DNA of 64,000 nucleotides from Calditrichales bacterium (GTDB taxonomy: Bacteria; Calditrichota; Calditrichia; Calditrichales; J004). Positions within the stretch are counted from its first letter, which is position 1, and the number at the start of each line of letters is the position of its first letter. Below, one piece after another: positions 18,960 to 27,504 of this stretch. Where the stretch lies: positions 384,001 through 448,000 of the forward strand of contig OZ254086.1 of the NCBI GenBank assembly GCA_965267575.1, written 5' to 3'. The notes beneath the pieces are model-generated. The model was not told the DNA's origin. It ran no database searches and saw only the letters and a list, made by a program, of their open reading frames with translations. The position numbers and the translations under genes are program-made.

Positions 18960-20105
18960 TTAATCATCTTCCAGCAGCTTTTTCAGCTCTTCGATCTCTT
19001 TTTCAGCTTCCTTACGTACTTTTTTCAAATTCTCGATCTCATCCTGTACAGACTCTGCTTTTTCTCGCTCTTCTACTATCGTTTCAAACATTTCGATTTT
19101 CTTTTTTGCCTCGCGCTGTTCATAGCTTAAATCACTTGTTTTCTGCTCGGCAAGAAGGTTGAAATTAAAATCAACACCCAGTTGCACGGTCCAGTCCGTG
19201 TAGTTCATTGGAAGATCAACCCTGTCGCTGGGTTGCGGGATTCCGCTTGTATTATTTCTTTCGGCAGGTGAAACGCGGAAATCGATACCCAAATCCATAG
19301 CTACCCAATCAGCCGGCTTATAGCGGAAACTGGGCGTTAAGAAGGCCCATTCTTCAGCACTGTAAACAAACGGGTCCGGATCCTCTAAAAAAAGCATACC
19401 GGTTAGCTCCAGGCGGAAATCGAACAACCCCGTGGGATAGACAAAAGCAAGCGCCATGCGGTATTCGCTTGAATTGCGTGTAGCCTTAAGCTCATTACCG
19501 TTGGGGAAAGTATAAAGGACCGTTCCCGCTTCATTATGGTTCCACCATCCGGCATTGAAATGCGCGTTAAAACCACGATCCGGCAGATACGGATCAGAAT
19601 AGTAGGAAACAGCATACATCAATCCGTATTCAAAAGCACCACTGGCATATTTTACAAAGGGATAATTATGTTGCTCCCCAGTCGGAATTCGAAAACTGGC
19701 CATAAAGCCCTGCGAAAAGCGGTTGCGGGCAAATTTGTAAGAACCTGTTTTTAAAGTAACAAAAATATCATCCGGTACATTAAACTCGTTTTCGTAGTGC
19801 GTATCCTGGTAAAGGCGGATACCAACGGATGCGTCCAAATGCTCCATGATACCATACGTTAATATGGCGTTTCCGGCAACCACCCACCAACTGACAGCTT
19901 GAAAATTAGAAGGCGTAACGTCTCCAAGGAAATCACCTACTTTGGAGTAAAAATTCATGTTGCTGTATAAGCCGATTTTACCCGGATTATATGTATTTGC
20001 TGTCTGAGTATGTATAAGCGTCTTCTCCGCGTTTTCCAACTGTGCGAAAACCGGCCGCGAAAGGAAGGCGGTTAGTAATATTAAAACTGTAATAATCTTT
20101 TTCAT
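18960..20105 (-). CDS. Predicted outer-membrane beta-barrel with C-terminal coiled coil (paralogue 1)
   Basis: Signal peptide; shares YQDTH..EF/YN.PDD, HNYPF..YASGA.EYG, DPYLPDR, WNHNEAG and PDPFV with 17780..18907; heptad tail. Confidence 0.65.
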   Translation of the reverse strand: MKKIITVLILLTAFLSRPVFAQLENAEKTLIHTQTANTYNPGKIGLYSNMNFYSKVGDFLGDVTPSNFQAVSWWVVAGNAILTYGIMEHLDASVGIRLYQDTHYENEFNVPDDIFVTLKTGSYKFARNRFSQGFMASFRIPTGEQHNYPFVKYASGAFEYGLMYAVSYYSDPYLPDRGFNAHFNAGWWNHNEAGTVLYTFPNGNELKATRNSSEYRMALAFVYPTGLFDFRLELTGMLFLEDPDPFVYSAEEWAFLTPSFRYKPADWVAMDLGIDFRVSPAERNNTSGIPQPSDRVDLPMNYTDWTVQLGVDFNFNLLAEQKTSDLSYEQREAKKKIEMFETIVEEREKAESVQDEIENLKKVRKEAEKEIEELKKLLEDD

Positions 20106-20165
20106 CGACAACTCCTAACGCTCGCTTTGGTTAAACCCAAACCTGTAAGTACATGAAAGGCATAA

Positions 20166-20194
20166 AATTTAGTTAAAAGCCCGTTGAAAGTGAA
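20166..20194 (-). promoter_or_regulatory. Putative sigma70-type promoter for the beta-barrel pair
   Basis: TTCACT-N17-TAAATT. Confidence 0.4.
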
Positions 20195-20213
20195 ATAAAA
20201 ATAGTTAAAACAG

Positions 20214-20702
20214 CTAGTTAACACGTGACGCAAGTACAAAAACGTTCATTATAATGGCTATATCGCGCATAATTCCCACAATGCGCGTAAATACATCCTG
20301 AATACTGCCCGCAACTATAATAGTGTCTCCCGGCTGCAACACAGGCAATACCGAATTATCTCCTGTTTTTAAGAAACTTTCAATATCGACTTTTATAACT
20401 TCCTGATTCTTACGGACAACCCGTACATCATTCAGGCGTGCCGTATTAAGCGGTCCGCCGGCCGAAGAGATCAGGTCGATCAACGTGTAGGCACTGGGGA
20501 TGCTGTAAATCCCCGGTCGCTGTACGTGTCCCCACAAGTTGACATTGACTAGAAGTATATCGCCCGATCCCAGAATATATTGAGCCGGACGGTCAGAAAA
20601 TTGTGACGGTGTTGTAGGCAAATTCTGCAAATTATCAAAATTTTGGCTAAACGCGGGTACGCTAAGCAATATAACAAAAACAAACGTATATACTTTTTTC
20701 AT
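20214..20702 (-). CDS. Small exported SLBB-domain (Wza-like) protein
   Basis: Signal peptide from ATG 20702 (ATGA overlap with the upstream stop); VNLWGHVQRPGIY...LIDLISSAGG and LQPGDTIIV; hydrophobic/amphipathic C-terminal helix. Confidence 0.78.
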   Translation of the reverse strand: MKKVYTFVFVILLSVPAFSQNFDNLQNLPTTPSQFSDRPAQYILGSGDILLVNVNLWGHVQRPGIYSIPSAYTLIDLISSAGGPLNTARLNDVRVVRKNQEVIKVDIESFLKTGDNSVLPVLQPGDTIIVAGSIQDVFTRIVGIMRDIAIIMNVFVLASRVN

Positions 20703-21502
20703 CAAATGCCCCAATCTATTGTAAAAAATTGCCAATTGGACTCTGAGCCGCTATGCACTTGGTCTCCCGGCAGAAGATCAATGCGCCAGCGATACTGGAC
20801 ATCATCCTCGAAAACGTTAAACAGCGAATCGCCTTCCAGGACGTGCGTAATTTGCTGATCGCCAAAATTGCCGGTGAAAGGATCAACCACATCAAGTAAT
20901 ATTAATTCTCTAATAGTCGAACCAATCTCACGCTCGATACGCAAAATATAGCCGTTTGCCAGAGCACTTGTGGGCACACGAAAGGTAAACTCGACGCGCG
21001 GCTGTCCAGGCCTGATGGTGCCGGACGGCGTTGATGGCTCAGCTTTATCAATCAGGCTGTACCATACGGTATCTGAGGGTTCGCTTTCCGTTCCGCCCTC
21101 CGTTAATGCAGTGACATAGTAGTAATAAGGCCTGTCGGTTTCAAGGAACGGGTCCTGAAAAACCGTATCCTGGTTAAAGCGATTTGGCACATCAATTGTC
21201 GCTATGGGCACAAAGTTCACCCGGCCCTGCGGGTCTTCACTGCGATAAAGGCGAAAACGGTCGATGCGTTCATCGGGCGTGGCAAACCACATGACTTCTA
21301 TGATGTTATTGCTGGGAGTGCCCGGTACCGCGTCAATGCCTCTTTCGATTTCCTGGCGGTCTGACAAGGCCGTTTTCGGCACCATGCGCAACGGCTCGAT
21401 GGGATCGGAGGTAGCCGTACCGACTTCGCTGCATTGCAGCAAAATCAGCGATAAAAACAATCCGCCAAACAGTTTTTTAGAAATTGAATAAAAGTGAAAC
21501 AC
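20702..21502 (-). CDS. Putative lipoprotein with FN3-like domain(s)
   Basis: Hydrophobic signal ending LLQC; FRLYRSE...FQDPFLETDRPYYYYVTAL...ESEPS FN3-like pattern; YRWRID. Confidence 0.65.
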   Translation of the reverse strand: MFHFYSISKKLFGGLFLSLILLQCSEVGTATSDPIEPLRMVPKTALSDRQEIERGIDAVPGTPSNNIIEVMWFATPDERIDRFRLYRSEDPQGRVNFVPIATIDVPNRFNQDTVFQDPFLETDRPYYYYVTALTEGGTESEPSDTVWYSLIDKAEPSTPSGTIRPGQPRVEFTFRVPTSALANGYILRIEREIGSTIRELILLDVVDPFTGNFGDQQITHVLEGDSLFNVFEDDVQYRWRIDLLPGDQVHSGSESNWQFFTIDWGI

Positions 21503-22481
21503 GATGTGTATTACCTAAAACGTGACTTTGATATGCGTAATCTACTTTAAATTTCCAGATGTAAACACCCGCGCCTGTCGTAAAATCGCCCTGGTTAAGA
21601 CCTACGCGCACCGCCAAAAGCTGGTCGTATACAAACTCCGTGCCCAGATGACTGCCGCCATTGTAGCGCGAATCCAGGTCGTAGGCGAGAGCCAAGCTGC
21701 TGTTGATGCCGTTGAATGGCTGAACATAAGCAAAACCATATTTAAAATTGCGCTCGATGTCGTCTTTCTGCTTGCTGTCCGTGTCCCAGGTGATACGGGT
21801 ATTGGCGATATCCTGCACATTTAAACCAAAAGTCAGATCGCCGTAATTGTCGTTATCGAATACGTTTTTCAAAGCGATTTTAAGAATCAGCCCGATGTCT
21901 AAGCCGACGCCACTTCCGGTATTGTCCTTAAGATTCTGTTGCAGTACCTTTACATTTGCGCCATAACCAAAGTCAATCGGGAACTCAAAATATTGCCAGC
22001 CCAGATCTACAATAATCTGCTGGTATTTGGCAAAGCTGAAAATAAAGGCGTCGTTAGTGTTGCTGAAAAACCCGTTTGGGTCGCCTATCAATGGAGCCGC
22101 TCCGCCAAAAACCCTTTGTCCGGAAGTAGTGGTTTTGTCAAACACATATTCCGGTATATCATCGACGCTCATCCTGACCCAGGATGCGGCAATTGTAGCA
22201 CCGCCAAAAATGGGCATGGCCGCACTTACAAAGCTCTGCTTCGAAAGCGAATTAAACATTTCCGAATACATCGTTCCGGCCTGAAAATTACTTAGAAAAG
22301 CCAGGCCTGCCGGGTTCCAGTGGAAGCCGTAAACGTCTTCACTTAACGCCACATGGGCACTGCCCATACCGAGCGCGCGTGCGCCTACCCCCACTTCGAG
22401 GTAAGCTCCGGCGTATTTTGTCTGGGAAAAAGCAAACTGAATGCCCAGCAAAAGAATTACAACTGCTTTCAAATTTCTCAT
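21477..22481 (-). CDS. PorV/PorQ-family beta-barrel (second, divergent copy)
   Basis: YLEVGVGARALGMGSA, FHWNPAGLAF, LGNTHRVSLLFNF; overlaps the porU-like stop by 4 nt. Confidence 0.85.
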   Translation of the reverse strand: MRNLKAVVILLLGIQFAFSQTKYAGAYLEVGVGARALGMGSAHVALSEDVYGFHWNPAGLAFLSNFQAGTMYSEMFNSLSKQSFVSAAMPIFGGATIAASWVRMSVDDIPEYVFDKTTTSGQRVFGGAAPLIGDPNGFFSNTNDAFIFSFAKYQQIIVDLGWQYFEFPIDFGYGANVKVLQQNLKDNTGSGVGLDIGLILKIALKNVFDNDNYGDLTFGLNVQDIANTRITWDTDSKQKDDIERNFKYGFAYVQPFNGINSSLALAYDLDSRYNGGSHLGTEFVYDQLLAVRVGLNQGDFTTGAGVYIWKFKVDYAYQSHVLGNTHRVSLLFNF

Positions 22482-25400
22482 CTCAATCGCGCTACTTTAA
22501 GTTTGCGGGTTATAACCTGGCCTTTGTATTTCGCCTTAAGCACCATGAAATAAACACCATTGGCAACCTGGTTGCCGTCATCGTCCGTGCCATCCCAGAC
22601 CAGTTCATGATAACCGACGTTTTTGATATCGTCATTTATGGCTGTCTCATCCAGCTCCAGCATGCGTTTTCTGATCAACCTGCCGGAGAGTGTGTAAATG
22701 CGTACGCTCAGGTCGTCGATCACGTTGTCCGCCAGCAGGTCATAAGATACGAATGTCTCATCGGCAAAGGGATTGGGATAGTTGCCGTGTACAATCAAAT
22801 CAAAATTGGCAACCACATTGAAGGTTATCGTCTGCGTAGAGGTGTTGTTACTTATATCCGATATCTCCACTTCCAGGCTGTGCTCGCCGCTGGCAAGCGT
22901 CGGCGATGTCAAAATAGAAACGGAGTTGGCATTGGTAATGCTGTCCGGAAAGGTCATTTCCGATTGCGGCACTTCGTTGCCGTCAAGCTTAAGCTTAAAC
23001 CCGGATGCCAGGTTTATGCCATTTTCATCCTGCATCAGCAGCGCCAACGCCGGTGTGGAGCGAACCAGCATACCGTCACGCAGCGGCCGTCCGTTGGCCG
23101 TAATTTCTATAACCGGGTCATCATTGTCGCGGAAACTGAACACGCCGAAGAGTCCGCTTCCGTCTACAGTTGTCGTCAGCAGCGTTCCGTTTAAGGTTGA
23201 TTCCTTTTTAACCCACAGGCCCAGGAATGAATCAAAACGGAAAAAGGAGACGGCGCTAAGCTCAAACTGCGAATATTTAGCCGTATCCAGTTGCACGGAA
23301 AGAAGCGCCGGCTGCTGAAACGACGTGACCGTGTTTTTAACTTCAATGCGCAATAAAGCGGAATCCTGCTGATTGTGTGTGCGGATATATTTCAAATCTT
23401 TTTGCTTGCTGTTGCGCAGCCTTTCCTGGGCGTCCAGCTCTTCGAAGCGAAATACGCTGCTGGCGGTAAGAGCCTGCGCGGCAAGGAAAAAGCGCCAGTC
23501 ATTATACACTACAATCGTGTCGTTTTCCGTGCCATTGGAGGATGTACCTGTCCGATAATCCACCCAGATATGACTGCCGGCCAGCGTTTTATCTACCACA
23601 TTATTATTCTCATCACGTTCCGCCAGGGTATTAAGCGGATCGATACTGACACGATATGTTTCAAAACTTTGATAATCCTGAACGATAATCGGCGCCTTTA
23701 AACTTTTCTTTTCATTGGCGGCAAAGCTCAGTGTGTCCCTGTAAAAAGGCACACCGCTGGAAATACCGCTTTGGTCATAAACATCAACGACCACGCCGGC
23801 AGCGGCAATCTCCGTATCATTGATGACATCAAAATGGAGCTGCAGCTCATCATTGCCGCCGTATGCGATTGATTCGCTGTCAACGCGCAGATCTGGCCGG
23901 TCATCGGTGATATCGATTTCCTGCAGATCGAAACGGTGCAGACCGTTGTCATCCTGGATTACAATCTCAAAATATTTTAATCCCGCGCTCGTGAATCCCG
24001 GATAATCCGCCGTTGAGCGGTACAATGTATCGCTAACCTTTTCCATGGGGACGGAGATGCCCGTGTTGCCAACGCTGTTGTAGGCGCGGAATTTATTCAG
24101 ACCCATCGACTGTATCGACTGATCGCCGGCCACGCCGATTTCAAAGGAGATGCTGTCACCTACCTGCGGCGCCGCGGGGATCGTTTTTACGGATGTGACA
24201 ATCACATTGCCGACCGAAATAGCAAGGCTGCCATTGGCGTCGTTGCCGCCATCCGAAGCGTAAGCCTTGATGTTCAGAATATTTCCATTGATAGAATCGG
24301 GCACATTAAACGAGAGCGGGGCCTGCCCGCCGTTAAACACGATATTTTCAGAGAAATATTTTCTGTTTTGCCGATCGCTTACCTCCACCTGCCCGGAAGC
24401 GCTGCTTAACGTGGACTGAAACGTCAGCTGCACGGTTTCGCCGGGCGCGGGGGCACGGTTAGAGCTTGCAATAGTGATCCGGCCCGCCGGCTTTTGCAGT
24501 TCAAGCGTGGGATCGCCCAACAAGTTATACTGATTTACCATCGAATTTTTCAGCGTAAAATAGCCGCGTGTAAAGCCGGAGCCCTCCTCCGTATAGTACA
24601 CGGGGTTCAGCAGGTAAGATATTTTCATCAGGTCCACAGCCTGCCCAAAGGTCACGTTTTCTTCCCACAAATGGTCATGAAGCCCCCACTGGATGGAAAA
24701 ATCGTTGTATTTCCAACCCACGCTGGAACTGGAGAGCACAGCGATCGCACCCTTTTCTTCCACCATCAGGACGCTCTCGGCAAGGCCTTCCTTATTGGGA
24801 TTTTCGAAAGCTCCGGTAAAGCAGGTCATGCTAGAGATGAAAGGATAGAGATTACGGTTATTCAGATTGGCTATGTCACTCAGGATAAAGAGCTGCTCAT
24901 CGGCCCAGACGGCGCCGCCACCGTGCCCGAAAAAGTTAATGAAAGTAACCCCTTCATCGATATAGTCAATCAATTCGCGCGTACTGCCAAAATCGGGGTC
25001 ATTTTCCAAATCGGGGTTTCTTTGCGTATTAAGCTTATAGGCAAAAACGCTTTCCGGCAGCTTCAAATTTATCAGACGCAGGTTTTGTGCGCGGAATACA
25101 GGCTCATTGGTAAAATCTTCAAGGTCCCCGGAACCTGCGTCAAAACCACTGATGAACAAGCTGGAGTTGCGCCAGGCATTTGCCGGCACGTTGCCGTTCT
25201 GATAGCTTTCCACCTTGTCCAGATAATGGCCAAGCTCCACGCTGCCGGAGGCCGGAATCCGTCCCACGACGATATCCGGAATCAGGTCATCACCGGAAAG
25301 CAGGGCGTATTGCAGGTCACTGGGCGCCGCACCGTATGTATCCGTCGTGAACATAATTGAAGGCACAATATCGTTGCTGCCCTGTATGCGTCCTTTATAA

Positions 25401-27472
25401 TCCCAGGAAGCGTCGCCCGCCAGAATCACGTATTGGAGCGGGTTATTTTGATCCCAATTTTCAAAAGCATATTTCAGGAATGTCTTGATGGCCAGCGGGG
25501 ATTTGATACCATAATTGAAGTCATCATAAATCTGCCCGACTGTCACGGTTTCAACTTCAAAACCCTGCTGCTCTTTCAGCCTTTTCAGGCGATCCACCTG
25601 CTCCAGCAGCAGGTCACCGGTAATAATAATAAGGCTGGCGCGATTGTCAGATTGCGTAAGGCGCCGCAAGGGGTTGTCCTGTTTCCAGGGCTCATAAGGC
25701 TTTATCGAGAGCGGTTTTTTCTTGGCACTTTCCGTAACGGCCACATACTCAACGGACTGGTCAAAAATCTGATCCTGGAAAGTAAGCTTGTAGGATGAGA
25801 AGCGGCTGTCATCGGTGAAATATTCAATCTGACCATTTACAACTTTGCTTATGCCCAGTTTATAAAGCTCAATTTTGTTTGTTTCGAATCCATCCACCTC
25901 AAATTGAATAATGCGGTCTGTTGTGGGGATGCCCTGCTGCAGGCGAAAACGGATGTAGTTTTCATCGGCGCGGTATTTACGCTGATAGGTCACATCAAAC
26001 CAGTTTAGCAGCGTGATGTCTGTAACACCCACCTGCTCCATATCAACACGCAGCGTATTTGTGCCATTTTGCAGGTTAAGCTGGGACAAACCGGGGCCGC
26101 CGGCGTTGGTTATCGTGGCCATCGTCTGGCCCTGCCACTTCTGATCGGGGGTGATTTCACCTACTTTTTCTTCGTTCAGCCAAATGGCAACCTGGTGCCC
26201 TTCAATCGGGTTAGTACGATTGTCGCGTATGGAGGCGCCGCGCATCATCACCTTTATAAAAACATTGGAGCCAAACTCGAGTGGATGCGGCAGGTCAAAG
26301 TCAAACGAACGGCTTTCGACCGCATTGATAACGCCGCCCCAAAACCAATGGTCAAATTCATGCGAAGGCCTGTTCAGCTTCTCGGGATCATGTCCAAAAA
26401 GCTCGCGGTGCGTATCCTGCTCATAATGGATTGTTTCTTCGTAGGCAAACGGCACAATGTAGCGGTTGGGACGTGTCTCAACGATCCCGCCGCTCTCTTC
26501 AACCAAACGACGGCCCTGTCTTCCTTTATCCACCAGCCAGTAGACATTTTTATCACTAAACGGATCGGCATACATGTCGGGGAAACTGGATAAAAACGTT
26601 TTTTCATTGCGCTCGCCAAAAAATTCCAGGTAATCATTCTGGTTAAAGCGTTCATCTTCAGCGCCTTTTACAAAAATGGCTACTTCTTTGCCTTTGTTAA
26701 AAAGGGCCAGGTTCTGCGGGTTGATGTTATCCACGGGATAGTCCGCATCAAGAAGGTCTTGGTAGGTGAGCTTATAAATGCCGGTCTGTTCAATCACGAT
26801 CTTATAAACATGATCGAAACTTTCAGGAAGACGATTATAGCTTATTTCGGCGGCATTCAGGGCGCTCGATTGTTTTTTATATAATGCCCCGCCGCTGAGA
26901 ATTTTACCGCTTAACGGATCGGCCGTTACGGTTTTTCTACTTTGACGTACAAACTCTTCTTCTTTTTGGAAATCAAGTGTTACGACAATTTCATCATACC
27001 AGACCAGCGTATTTTGTGTCGCGTTATAATCACACGCAACAAACTGGATTTTACCAACGGCTATATCGCGATATAGTCCGGCAAATTCAAACTGGTCTGT
27101 GGCGCGTTCCAGGGCAGGGTTGTTATCAACTATATAGTTTTCCACGGCAATCTCCCGAGCACCGTTTCTCTGAATCGATATCCGCGCTTTTTGAGCGGGA
27201 ATATTAACAAGATCGGTAACCACTGGCAGCAAAGCACCGCCGGGAGTAAACGCCATCGCCGTCCCGTCCAGATAGGCTGCAACCTTATCGCCGCTTCGGT
27301 TTATCTGCGGCTCCGCAAAAGTATAGCGAATGGAGATATGATTATCGGATTGACTGATGACATGAGTGCTGTAGCTTTTACCCGAAAACGCGAAAGCCTG
27401 ACAGAATAAAAGCAGAATTAAAAAAAACAGAGTCCTCGGGGAGAGGACTCTGTGATTAAATATTTCAACCAT
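22478..27472 (-). CDS. porU: PorU-like C25 (gingipain-family) sortase/peptidase with CARDB-like and T9SS C-terminal domains
   Basis: TGIYKLTY, YLEFFGE, NVYWL, IYDDFNYG, YVILAGDASWD, VGRIPA; catalytic FFGHG and SMTCF; YNLLGDP; NYPNPF CTD. Confidence 0.82.
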   Translation of the reverse strand: MVEIFNHRVLSPRTLFFLILLLFCQAFAFSGKSYSTHVISQSDNHISIRYTFAEPQINRSGDKVAAYLDGTAMAFTPGGALLPVVTDLVNIPAQKARISIQRNGAREIAVENYIVDNNPALERATDQFEFAGLYRDIAVGKIQFVACDYNATQNTLVWYDEIVVTLDFQKEEEFVRQSRKTVTADPLSGKILSGGALYKKQSSALNAAEISYNRLPESFDHVYKIVIEQTGIYKLTYQDLLDADYPVDNINPQNLALFNKGKEVAIFVKGAEDERFNQNDYLEFFGERNEKTFLSSFPDMYADPFSDKNVYWLVDKGRQGRRLVEESGGIVETRPNRYIVPFAYEETIHYEQDTHRELFGHDPEKLNRPSHEFDHWFWGGVINAVESRSFDFDLPHPLEFGSNVFIKVMMRGASIRDNRTNPIEGHQVAIWLNEEKVGEITPDQKWQGQTMATITNAGGPGLSQLNLQNGTNTLRVDMEQVGVTDITLLNWFDVTYQRKYRADENYIRFRLQQGIPTTDRIIQFEVDGFETNKIELYKLGISKVVNGQIEYFTDDSRFSSYKLTFQDQIFDQSVEYVAVTESAKKKPLSIKPYEPWKQDNPLRRLTQSDNRASLIIITGDLLLEQVDRLKRLKEQQGFEVETVTVGQIYDDFNYGIKSPLAIKTFLKYAFENWDQNNPLQYVILAGDASWDYKGRIQGSNDIVPSIMFTTDTYGAAPSDLQYALLSGDDLIPDIVVGRIPASGSVELGHYLDKVESYQNGNVPANAWRNSSLFISGFDAGSGDLEDFTNEPVFRAQNLRLINLKLPESVFAYKLNTQRNPDLENDPDFGSTRELIDYIDEGVTFINFFGHGGGAVWADEQLFILSDIANLNNRNLYPFISSMTCFTGAFENPNKEGLAESVLMVEEKGAIAVLSSSSVGWKYNDFSIQWGLHDHLWEENVTFGQAVDLMKISYLLNPVYYTEEGSGFTRGYFTLKNSMVNQYNLLGDPTLELQKPAGRITIASSNRAPAPGETVQLTFQSTLSSASGQVEVSDRQNRKYFSENIVFNGGQAPLSFNVPDSINGNILNIKAYASDGGNDANGSLAISVGNVIVTSVKTIPAAPQVGDSISFEIGVAGDQSIQSMGLNKFRAYNSVGNTGISVPMEKVSDTLYRSTADYPGFTSAGLKYFEIVIQDDNGLHRFDLQEIDITDDRPDLRVDSESIAYGGNDELQLHFDVINDTEIAAAGVVVDVYDQSGISSGVPFYRDTLSFAANEKKSLKAPIIVQDYQSFETYRVSIDPLNTLAERDENNNVVDKTLAGSHIWVDYRTGTSSNGTENDTIVVYNDWRFFLAAQALTASSVFRFEELDAQERLRNSKQKDLKYIRTHNQQDSALLRIEVKNTVTSFQQPALLSVQLDTAKYSQFELSAVSFFRFDSFLGLWVKKESTLNGTLLTTTVDGSGLFGVFSFRDNDDPVIEITANGRPLRDGMLVRSTPALALLMQDENGINLASGFKLKLDGNEVPQSEMTFPDSITNANSVSILTSPTLASGEHSLEVEISDISNNTSTQTITFNVVANFDLIVHGNYPNPFADETFVSYDLLADNVIDDLSVRIYTLSGRLIRKRMLELDETAINDDIKNVGYHELVWDGTDDDGNQVANGVYFMVLKAKYKGQVITRKLKVARLR

Positions 27473-27504
27473 AAAAACGTATGCGATGTCCTTAATGCAG
27501 TGTT

